Positions 26,610-39,352 of a DNA stretch of 64,000 bases are shown in pieces. Numbering within the stretch: position 1 is the stretch's first letter; each line of letters starts with the position of its first letter. The position numbers and the translations under genes were made by a program. The stretch covers positions 37,572,001 through 37,636,000 of the forward strand of contig NC_043014.1 in assembly GCF_006345805.1 (NCBI RefSeq). The letters are read 5' to 3'. The notes under the pieces were generated by a model. The model worked only from the letters and a program-made list of their open reading frames with translations. It had not been told where the DNA came from and did not search any database. This DNA is from Octopus sinensis (Eukaryota).

Positions 26610-28405
26610 AAGCCAGTGTATCTTGGAAGAAATATCCCTATAAGAGGTTTAAATATCCTCATTGTGTCTATATTTTTGTTGTGACCCCCGCTTCAGTCAT
26701 GAATGACCATGGGATTGCACCTAGAAAGTTACCCTCCAAGGCACAAGTCTGGGCAAGGTTGTTTATGGAAGACCAGCAGTCACCCATGCATACCAGCCTC
26801 CCCTCTCCATGCCACTGATGTTATCCAAGGGAAAGGCAAAGGCTGATACAGCTTGGCACCAGTGACGTCGCAGCTCATTTATTAACGTGCAAGTGGCTGA
26901 GCACTCCACAGACATGTGTACCCTTAACGTAGTTCTCGGGGAGATTCAGCGCGACAAGGCTGGCCCTTTGAAATATAGATACAACAGAAACAGGAAGAAA
27001 GAGTGAGAGAAAGTTGTGGTGAAAGGGTACAGCAGGGTTCACACCCGCCCCATTCCTGCTGGAGCCTCGTGGAGTTTTAGGTGTTTTCGCTCAATAAACA
27101 CTCACAATGCCTGGTCTGGGAATTGAAACTGCGATCCTACGACCGCGAGTCCGCTGCCCTAACCACTGGGCCATTGCGTCTCCACTGTGTCTATATATAT
27201 ATATATATATAAACAGGCCTTTTACAATACCCTTAAGGCCAAGAACTTGAGTTGGCAGAATTGTTAGCATGCTTGACAAAATGCTTAGCAGCATTTCTTC
27301 TGTTTTTTTGTTTTGTGTTTCAAATACTGCCAAAGTTAACTTAGCCGTTCATTCTTTCAAGGTCCATAAAATAAGTACCAGTTGAATGAACACTTGGGGT
27401 CAATGTGTTTAACATCTTTCTCTAAAAAATTGCCAACCTTGTACCAAAATTTGAAATCATTATATTATATTATATTATATTATATTATATTATATTATAT
27501 TGTAATATATTTTAAATCGCATTTTAATTTAGGCTCAAAACTAATTAAATCTTCAAATCAGCTACCCCTTCTTCAAAGAAAGTCAAAGAAAAATATCACA
27601 AGCAGAAAACTTCAATCTCCAACTTGGGAAACAGATGGTTCCAATGATCAGCTTGTAGACTACAACACTTCAAACATTCTTAGACAGTCTTGCAGCGAAT
27701 CACACGACCCAGTTACAATTAAGGCTGGTGACGAATTTAATGGACCACCGTCTCCTCGTGTGTCAAGACTAAGAAACAAGCGAACACAGCCACCACCATC
27801 AAGAACAACCAAAACAGAAACAACAACAGCAAAAACTACTACTACAACAAAAAAACCAACAGCAAGAACTAAATCAACAACATCACCACTGAAAAGTGTT
27901 TTTCAGAAAAAGACACCAGTAAGATTTTCACGACATCATAGTTCCCCTCCTATGCCAACGTCGAACAGGAAATTGCAAACTAACAAACAAAATACCAAAA
28001 TGAGTAAGATTTTGGCACTAAATTTTCTAACTATTTTTGTATGTCTTTTACACTTTGCTACTTTTTTTTTTTTTTTTTTTTTACATTTCTTGCAGTTTTT
28101 ATCCTAAATTGTTTATGTCTTTATCTTAAATTGTGCAAAGCTATCTTTGGTTATTTAATTTGTTTGTTTACTTTTTGTTTATTTAAAAAAAAATTTTTGT
28201 GATAGAAGGGATTTTTTTTCTTTTTGTTTTTATTGGAAAAAATTTATTCTTACATGTGGGAAATTTGACTGGTGACTGTTGGTGCTGCCACCTACAGTTG
28301 CTTTTGGAGTAAGAGAGAGAGAGAGAGACAGAGAGAGAGAATTTACTAAGAAATAAAAAAAGAGGGTGAACCTTCTCTTTAAGGGGAGAGAACTGCTTCA
28401 GGGTT

Positions 28406-28444
<39 letters not shown>

Positions 28445-28539
28445 TATTATTATTATTATGATTATTATTATTATTATAATATTATTATTATGATAATAAC
28501 AAATAATAATAATAATAATAATAATAATTATTATTATTA

Positions 28540-28597
<58 letters not shown>

Positions 28598-29047
28598 GTG
28601 AGGTCTCTTTCTTCTGCAGATATATTCAGTTGGCAATTTAAAACAACTGCAGAATTCTTTAATTCCTTTTGACATCTTCAATTCTTACATCCGTTTTTGC
28701 CGTTGCTATGTCAGCATGGGTTGGATTGGTTTGCATGTTTACACGTCTACATTCTCTTTGCGACCCCACCCTGTCAGTATATAAATTGATAAATAAATAA
28801 ATAAATAAGTAAATAAATAAAAATAAATGAATAATAAGGATAAATGAATAAATAAACGACAGAACAGATTTCTGTATATGATTGGTTACAAAATAGGACA
28901 GTTTTCTTTCCCATAAAGTAAGCTTTAACAACATCTTGTACAAAAGAAAATGTACAATCGGTAATGTACCGAAGTTTAGGATTCTGATGCATTTTGTTCT
29001 TTTTTTTTTAAAGTGTCAACTATTTTATAAGAGCATCATCATCATTG

Positions 29048-29083
<36 letters not shown>

Positions 29084-29132
29084 GCATCTGTGTCATCATC
29101 ATCATCGTCATCATCAGCAGCAGCATCAGTGT

Positions 29133-29163
<31 letters not shown>

Positions 29164-29206
29164 AGCATCTGTGTCATCATCATCATCATCAGCAGCATCA
29201 TCAGTG

Positions 29207-29262
<56 letters not shown>

Positions 29263-29414
29263 TGTGTCATCATCATCATCATCATCATCATCAGCAGCAG
29301 CATCAGTGTCATCATCATCATCATCAGCAGCAACAGCAGCATCTGTGTCATCATCATCATCATCATCATCATCATCAATAAGATCTGTTATTGTCATCAT
29401 GACTGTTATAAGAG

Positions 29415-29445
<31 letters not shown>

Positions 29446-32394
29446 ATCTGCGTCATCATCATCATCATCAATAACATCTGCTATTGTCATCATGACTGTT
29501 GTTGTCATCACGGCTGGTATTGTCATTTTCTATACTCTCCTCATTCTGCTCATCCTTACCATTGCCTTCATTAGCATCATTTTAACAAAAATTCAGAGGA
29601 TTGTGTTAACATAGGTCAAAGAGTTCTGCAGTACATAATCATATTTCCATGGAGCTTTGATCCTGCATTATGTTATGTAGAGGTCCAACAATATCCAAGG
29701 GGTCACTTTGACTTGCTTCTCATTCTATTTGGGTTGTTCGGAAAGTTCGTGCCGATTTTTAAAGGAAAGAAAAAGGTCAATAAATGCTCGCCATTAAATT
29801 TTTGATCAACCAAATATGAACCATTTTGTTGCACAATGCGTCTCCATCTTTCCTTTAATTTGAAAATACCCTTTTCCCAGAATTGAGGTGGTTTCATGGC
29901 AAAGAATTCATCAAGGTATCTTTTTACGTCATCCAAGGAATTGAAATTTTTACCATTAAGACTATTCTGCAGAGACCTGAATAAGTGGAAATCCGAAGGA
30001 ACAATATCTGGTGAATATGGAGGGTGGGGTAACACATCCCAGCCAAGCTGCAGCAATTTTTGTCTGGTTCCCAAAGCATTAAGTGCCGAAAATAAACTTT
30101 CTTATCTTCCATTTTAAAGGGTTACAGAATTAACACAGGTTATAAGAACATAAACCTTCTTCCACGAAAAGATAGCTTAAACTGTGCTCTAAATGGAGGT
30201 GTAGTCAAATCCTATTTTATGGACCCAACCATGATCTAAAATAAGTCGAAGCTACTATAAATCGGCATGAACTTTCCGGACAACCCAATAGTTCTGTCTA
30301 GGTAATTTACCTCTGCTTTGTGTGACATTTGACCTCCACTCAGAACATTTCTTCAATAACAACTTATGATGTATATCTCAAGCATGTCAGCTTGGCTAAG
30401 TTCATCCATTCATAGATCTTACTTGTGCTAGATTTTAAATTTAGTTGATGCCAGCAAACAAAACACTTAGCAATTATACACTGCTCCTGCTGCATGCAAC
30501 ACTGAGTTGCACCAACCTGTTGGTATCTAACAACAACAAAGTAGAAGAGACTAGAGAAAGTTAAGCACCTTTGGATGATCGTGGGTATAGCACAGTTCAG
30601 GTGACAGGATACAAGCAAGCAAGTTTTCCATAGCTAACTAATAAGTTCTGGCAGATTTGAGCATGAATATCTATTTCTTTACTACCCACAAGGGGCTAAA
30701 CACAGAGGGGACAAACAAGGACAGACAAATGGATTAAGTTGATTACATCGACCCCAGTGCGTAACTGGTACTTAATTTATCGACCCCGAAAGGATGAAAG
30801 GCAAAGTTGACCTTGGCGGAATTTGAACTCAGAACGTAATGGCAGCTGAAATACGGCTACGCATTTCGCCCGGCGTGCTAACGTTTCTGCCAGCTCGCCG
30901 CCCAAGCATGAATATCTGAAGGTCTCTGAAGATTGAAAGACTCTAATCTGTAGTGTATTTAGTTTATTTATTTATTTATTGCCTAAATCCAGCTCTTGTT
31001 GAACCCTACCAACTTCTTTCTTAAGATCTAAGTAGAAGTCAACCTGGGTCTTATATATAAACCTACATGGTAGACATACAAATATGGCAAATTTGATTAT
31101 TTCTCCATACACAGAAAAAAAAACAATGATGAACGGCCTCTAGAACACAATGCACAGTTTATGATATATGTAACTCTTTACTCTTTTACTTGTTTTAGTC
31201 ATTTGACTGCAGCCATGCTGGAGCACCGCCTTTAGTTGAGCAACTCGACCCCGGGACTTATTCATTGTAAGCCCAGTACTTATTCTATTGGTCTCTTTTG
31301 CCGAACTGCTAAGTGACGGGGACATAAACACACCAGCATTGGTTGTCAAGCAATGCTAGGGGGACAAACACACATATATATATATACATATATACGACGG
31401 GCTTATTTCAGTTTCCGTCTACCAAATCCACTCACAAGGCTTTGGTCGGCCCGAGGCTATAGTAGAAGACACTTGCCCAAGGTGCCACGCAGTGGGACTG
31501 AACCCGGAACCATGTGGTTGGTAAGCAAGCTACTTACCACACAGCCACTCCTGTATATATATATCTACTATACTACCTGTATAGTAGATATATATATATG
31601 GCATGAATTAGCATTATTCTTCTATGAATTAGCATAAATGTACTAATGAATTAACATGATTGTATTAATATTCTAATTATTTTCTGATATATCTGATCAT
31701 CTTCTATATTTTCTACAAACTCAATTCCTCAGATTCAAATGTTGAAGCCAATAAATACAATTACAATGATTATAAACGGGTACCACAACAGCCACAACCG
31801 TTACTGAAGGCAAAGAAATATTCAGATAACTCCCCATTGCAGGGACCAGTGAAAGAAGGAGATTTTGTACCTTTCACTCGTACATCAGAAGTATTGGACC
31901 CAGCCAGTGCTCTTAGCCCATTGCCCATATCCCGTGAGCAATCGGCTGTATTGCGTGGTCGAGACAGGTACCGCAAAGGGAACGATCCAGCAAACTGCGG
32001 GAGCCCTGCTTCACATTTCACTGATAGCTCCAGTGATCTTCTTCAAAGATCTTCAAACATGCAGGTAGGTAGGATACTCATTACTTTTCAGATGTGCATG
32101 CGTGTTTCTGTGTGTGTGTGTGCACGCGCATGTGTGTGTATGTGTATGCACGTACATATGTGCATGTGTGTGTATGTATATTTGTGCACGTGTGTGTGTG
32201 TGTGTGTGTGCATAGCTATTTCCTCCATCTCTACTGATTCTGTATTTCACCTATGTGGTCTCTCCTGTAAGAAATACCAGCCAAATCTCTCTTGAATCAC
32301 ACACTATTACCTTAAAATTAGGAGATATTGAATAATGCAATCCTAGGTCCATTTTGGATGATGGGATTGGTTATGGCTGGTGTGTGTGTGTGTG

Positions 32395-32453
<59 letters not shown>

Positions 32454-34717
32454 ATCAGCAACAATTTAGATTCAAATGAATATGGTACTTAATTTAGATT
32501 CACCAGAATTTTGTATGGTGTTACCCATAAAAATTATTTTTTGATTTTATATATATATATATATATACCCACCCATGCCAATATGGAAGGTGGATGTTAA
32601 ACAATGATGATGATGTATATGTATGTATGCATGTATGTATATATATCTATATATCTATATCTATATATATATATATCAATCATCATCATCATCATCATTT
32701 GATGTCCGCTTTCCATGCTAGCATGGGTTGGACGATTTTGATTGAGGGCTGGCGAACCAGATCGCTGCACCAGGCTCCAATCTTGATCTGGCAGAGTTTC
32801 TGGATGCTCTTCCTAACGCTGGGATTACCTTAGGTTTCCCGTCCATAAAGGGTTCGGGGTTTTATGGCATATCGTCAGATCTCAAAAACCTGTTGGCCCA
32901 TGACCTCTTAAAAATATGGAGTGGGGAAATGCCTTAATACTCAAAGATAACAATTGGGGATTATTGGTGATCAACCTTCAGCTGTGCCTCCATCTTGTGG
33001 GCTCCAAAAAGCTAGCAGGAACCTCCTGAAATGTTAACAGGGCCTGAAAATCTCCTTTCTGAAGTTAAGGACATTCCCTGGTTTGGGTAAGTCTTTTAGG
33101 ATTCTCCCATGTTCAGCTATGCATAACTTGCAACCAAAGGATCATCTATGAAGCTGAAGTACTAGCAAACCCTGGCAATACCTATTTCTTTACTACCCAC
33201 AAGGGGCTAAACACAGAGAGGACAAACAAGGACAGACAAACGGATTAAGTCGATTATATCGACTCCCAGTGTGTAACTGGTACTTATTTAATCGACCCCG
33301 AAAGGATGAAAGGCAAAGTTAACCTCGGCGGAATTTGAACTCAGAACGTAACAGCAGGCGAAATACCTATTTCTTTACTACCCACAAGGGGCTAAACACA
33401 GAGAGGACAAACAAGGACAGACAAACGGATTAAGTCGATTATATCGACCCCCAGTGCGTAACTGGTACTTATTTAATCGACCCCGAAAGGATGAAAGGCA
33501 AAGTCAACCTCGGCGGAATTTGAACTCGAGTACTAGCAAACCCTGGCAATACCACTAGTAGAAGCAGTAGCAGCTGCATGCATGAGAACAGAACCAGCAC
33601 TAACAGCACCAGTGACAGCATTGGCAGTTTCCTTGACGGCATTAACAGCAGTAACAACAGCCACAACAGCCGCATCGCCATCAGCACCAACATTACCACC
33701 AGCATTACTAATAGCTTCCCTGCTCACAACATCATAAGCGGAAAGTGTAACCTCTAGAAAGAGCTGTTCTTCACTCCTGCTCCAGAGCATCGGTGTGGGG
33801 TCACTCCGAAAAGCTCTATCTGCGACGATTTCATCTCAATCGAAGGAGAGGGGTTTTCTCCGTCCAGGTTGTGGATCCGTGGAATAAGCTGCCGGACGAG
33901 ATAGTGAAGATGCCGACGACCGCTCGGTTCAAAGTCTCCCTTGACCACAAGTGGCCTGAACTCTTTGCATGAACACCACCCTGTACATGACTCCATGTCC
34001 CCCTACATGGCCTTGCGTTTTGCTTTTTGAGCCAAGAAATTAACTAACTAACTAACTAATGTCCATAGTAGCAGACCTGACAATCCCTATAGCAGCAGCA
34101 ATAGGTCCAGTGTCACTGCCGCCAGCAATAACGGCAATAATGACTATAATGGAAGCAATGGCAACAGTAGCAGCAGTGGAGGCGCAATGGTCCAGTGGTT
34201 AGGGCAGCAGACTCGCGGTCGTAAGAACGCGGTTTCGATTCCCGGACCGGGCATTGTGAGTGTTTATTGAGCAAAAACACCTAAGCTCCACGAGGCTCCA
34301 GCATGGGGTGGTGGTGAACCTCGCTGTACTCTTTTTCCACAACCTTCTCTCACTCTTTCTTCCTACTTCTGCCACAAAGCAGAGGAACCATAGTGTAACC
34401 CATTATGGTGTGGTAAACTTTCAGACCGTAGTCTAGATTGCGAATCCTCTGTACCCTAGGATGGTTCAGCTCTCCACCCATTAAAAGCCACTGTTTACGG
34501 AATGAGGATAACAATGTAGCTTTCTTACCCGTGCAACCGCCAGTCTATCATGTGTGGTGGGTGCATCTTCAAGCTGCCACACGTATTCTTAGTAGCTTAG
34601 AGTAGGCTCGAATTAGAGATTATTATACTTTGTGGCTAATGGCGTGAGTCCTGTTTGGAGGAAGAAGAAGAAGAAGAAGAAGAAGAAAAGAAGAAGAAGA
34701 AGAAGAAGAAGAAGAAG

Positions 34718-34751
<34 letters not shown>

Positions 34752-35992
34752 CAGCAGCAGTGGCTCTTGTAGAAACACTAGCTAATGATACCTCTGGCAG
34801 CAATGGCAACTTTCCTACCAGTGACGAGGATGACAATAACACCAACGGTGCCTTCACCCTAACAGGCAGTGGCCATTACCAACGCTGCCACCACCTCCAG
34901 TAACACCAACACCAGCAGCCCCAGCTCCAGTAGCAACAATGTCAGTGGCAGCAGCAGCAACAACAACAACAACTCCAGCAGGTACAGCATCAACAATACA
35001 TGCCTACAGAGATACATTGGATGTCCCGGGAACTCTTTCAAGCAATATCTCTCCAACCACAGGTCTTCCTTCAAAGTTCCAGAAATGAGATACATAACAT
35101 CACTGGCCAGCCACATCTGGCAACTAAGAGACTATGGGATTCCATATTCGATCTTATAGAGAATCCTCGAGAACCCAGGCCCCTACAACAGCGGAACAAA
35201 GCATTGCAAGTTAGGCATAGCTGAATGCACGAGAATGTTAAGAGAGTCACTCAAACATTTCAGGAGGTCCCTGCTATCTTTTTGGAGGGCACAAGATGGT
35301 AGCACAGCCAGAAGTCGATAGCCAATGGCATCAAGTGTTTTAAATCTGGGTTTTCTCCCCATTAACAAAGGTGGCTGGATCTACTTCAACGCCATAGCAA
35401 CCGCCCTCATACCATCTCACCATCTTGCCTGGTTTGGGGCATCCTCCCTTCTCAAGCCAACCCTTCCAATCTCCTCCTCCACCTGTCCCTCCCACGTTTT
35501 CCACTCTCTCTCTCTCTCTCTCTTTATATATATATAATATATATATATTATATATATATATACCATATGATTTTGATTTGATTTTATTTTTCCAGTTTCA
35601 GCTAATGAGCTGTGGCCATGCTGGGGCACCGATATATATATATGTATATATATATATACATATTAGAGGGAAACCACTATGTGGACACCCTTATGCTAGA
35701 AATAGATCTGCTATGGTCTTACTACTAAGAAATGTTCTCAACAAAATTTAACAAAAATTTTTGTTGAGAACATTTCTTAGTAGTAGACCATAGTGGATCC
35801 ATTTCTAGCATAATAGTGTCCACATAGTGGTTTCCCTCTAATATGTATATAATACAATTTTACTGCACCTTCAGTTTTTTTATATATGCTAGACTACTGG
35901 TGTGAATCGATGTTATTAATTTAATATCTAATTTCTCACCCTCATTTTAAATTTAAATATATATATTATATACATATATATATTATATATAC

Positions 35993-36072
<80 letters not shown>

Positions 36073-36309
36073 ATAATATATATACATATATATATATACA
36101 TATATATTATATATACATATTATATATATATATATATATATTTTATATATTATATATATATAGTGGAGGCGCAATGGCCTAGTGTTAGGGCAGTGGACTC
36201 GCAGTCGCGGATCGCGGGGGCGTCATTCGAAGGCTAAAACAATGCGAACGCATTGTGACCAGCGATGTGTAACAACATCTGATGGTCTGGTCGGTCACGT
36301 GATCACGTG

Positions 36310-36353
<44 letters not shown>

Positions 36354-38376
36354 TATATATTATATATATATATAGAGAGAGAGAGAGAGGGGGGGAGAGA
36401 GAAAGAGCACCATGAATAAAAATAGAGAATATTTGAGGATTGCATTATACAAGATCAATGATTGTTTCTATTGTGTAGGCATTTTCAGACGCAGAAAAGG
36501 TATAAAATACAAATGGAGCCATATTGGATTGATTGCAAAATTCAATATATCTGAAATTTATGCCAACACAATGTTATCAAGGTGACCTGTAACAGCTTGA
36601 ATTCCAAGTGGAATGAGAGAATAATAAATATTGCATGAAGGAAGACAAGAAGAGTGTTAAGAAGAAGTATTATGTGCTAAGAAAAGCCAGTTTAGTATTT
36701 AAACGGAGCGTGCAAGGGAGTACTTGACTCGAACTTGCAAAGTGGAAATATTTTATTTTTACCTTTATATCTGGGACGTAGGACGTCCTAAAAAAAAATT
36801 TTAATGCCCCCCCCCCCAAAAAAAAAAACAAAAGTAGAAGTAGGCTGGATTGTAGCCACACTTCTATACAAGAGGGAGGACAAGATACAATTCATTGAAA
36901 CTTATGGTCAATGCAAGAATAAAATACATAAATATAGAAAGGCTGCCGCAATGCATTTAATTATCTGGCTCTTTATGCACGGTAAGAATAAAATTTTAAA
37001 AAATTTAGAAAAAGAAAAAGCTCATTAAATTACAGGAAACGTAGTTGTAATCAAGGTGCTATTTACTAGGGAAATATTCAAATAGGACCTTTGGCTCAAT
37101 TCAGACATTTGTGGGAAGCTGCTGGAAACTTTGGTCAAACCCTTCCTGGAGAGGGTTGCTTCTATAAGGCCATGTGTGTGTGTGTGTGTGGCAGCAGGAT
37201 TAGGCCTGCTGGCAAAAGTCAGAAGTGGTTGTCAAACAATTTCTATAACTTCCCCAGCCCCAACTTCTGGTCTCCTAATCCCACCCACCACCGTTTGTAA
37301 TCCCATGGATTACTATGGGACATGGTTGAGAAAGACACCCAACTGCTCTACCTGCAACACCAAGGCTAAGATCAAGGAGGTGTTTGAAGATTTTCCCAGG
37401 GAGACAGTGAGGAATGCATATGCCAGGTTCCAGAGCTGTCTTCAGGCCATGGTGGAAAACGAGGCTGAGTAAGCTGTTATCTCCCAGCTATAATCTAGTA
37501 TTTTTTGGATTTTTCAAAAATACTTTTCTTTTTGGATGGGGTATTATGTTTTCTTTTCCTTTTAGGCGCAGGAGTGGCTGTGTGATAAGTAGCTTGCTTA
37601 CAAACCACATGGTTCCGGGTTCAGTCCCACTGCATGGCACCTTGGGCAAGTGTGTTCTACTATAGTCTCAGGCCGACCAAAGCCTTGTGAGTGGATTTGG
37701 TAGACGGAAATTGAAAAAAGCCCATTGTATATATGAGAGGTACCGCTTATTTTTCCATGCCGGTGGCATGTGAAAAGCACCCACTACACTCTCGGAGTGG
37801 TTGGCGTTAAGAAGGGCATCCAGCTGTAGAAACTATACCAGATCAAGATTGGAGCCTGGTGCAGCCATCTGGCTCGCCAGCCCTCAGTCAAAATTGTCCA
37901 ACCCATGCTAGCATGGAAAGCGGACGTTAAACGATGAAGATGATGATGATGATGAACCCTAGCCCTAACCCTAGCCCCTAACCCCTAACCCCTAACCCTA
38001 ACCCTAACCCTTCATACTTATACACATGTTATGTGTATGTGTGTGTGTGTGTGTAAGGTCGATCTTGAGACAATGAGCCTTATGAAGGAGATGACTAAAG
38101 ACTGAAATAGCTGGCACTTTACTGTACTCAAAAAGACCTGTCCACCACAGCAGAATTGATATCGGTGCCGATGCTACATAAAAAGCACTAGTGCTGATTC
38201 CTCATAAAAAGCACCCAATACACTCTGTGGAGTGGTTGGTCAAGCCGTCCAACCCATGCCAGCATGGAAAACAGACGATATTAAATGACAATGTTGATGA
38301 TGATGTGTGTGTATGTCATCATCTAAATATATATCATCATCATCATCATCATCGTTTAGCGTCCGTTTTCATGCTC

Positions 38377-38418
<42 letters not shown>

Positions 38419-38454
38419 TATGTATGTATTTAGTTATATATATATATATATATA

Positions 38455-38503
<49 letters not shown>

Positions 38504-38797
38504 ATATATATATATATATATATATAATAATATATATATTAATACAACACACACACACACACACACATATATAAGAATTTTTTGCATAATGAATAAAAAA
38601 ACCAAGGCCGTGTAGATATTAGAACATTTATAGATAGAAAGGTCTTACAGCTGTTTCCAGGATATTTATTAATTATATCCCTTCATTGGAGACGGTGTGA
38701 GAGGATGGGTAAGTAATAGTTAATTTAGATAGGATACAAGTAAGAGAGTGAGGTGGAGGAAAGAAATAATATGCAAGATATGTGGGGATATTGAAGT

Positions 38798-38832
<35 letters not shown>

Positions 38833-39321
38833 AATATGTATATGTATATGTATATATGTATATATGTATATATATATAATATATATATATATAATATATA
38901 GATATGTATAGATAGATAGATACATATACACACATATCTATATGTATGTATGTGTGTGTGCCTGTATGTATGTATGTATGTATGTATGTGTGCGTGTATG
39001 TATAAATGACTGGGATGATTTATATTGTGTGGAACTTAGAAATGCTTTCAAAATAAATGAACAGCAATGACAATGCAGAACCAAATTCATTCCTTTGATC
39101 TCTGGTGGTGTCAGTGGTAGGATTATAGGGGTCTGTTCTATATTTTTAATGGAGCTAATTACTGGAAAATATATATTACCAGCGCAAGCATTCTTTTTCT
39201 TCTTCTCCTCCTCCATTGTCACCATTTCTTCTTCTTCTCCTCCTCCCCCTCCCTTCATGCCCCTACTATTGCTACCACCACCACCACCACCACCACCACC
39301 ACCACCACCACCGCTACTACC

Positions 39322-39352
<31 letters not shown>

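Larger units (their letters stand above)
32823..35400 (+). mobile_element. Penelope-like element remnant: sense GIY-YIG endonuclease (about 33139-35330) preceded by an inverted copy of a 3' segment (32823-33139); interrupted by SINEs and CR1
   Basis: IIYEAEV at about 33142; [21 protein letters not shown]...[10 protein letters not shown] at about 35010-35130; [11 protein letters not shown]. Minus-strand 32990-33135 is the reverse complement of 35200-35300 and reads CKLCIAE...[16 protein letters not shown]. Confidence 0.8.

Noticed and set aside
29020-29614. Poly-Asp, poly-Ser and poly-Met ORFs
   Set aside because: Trinucleotide array inside an intron; no splice sites fitting the gene model
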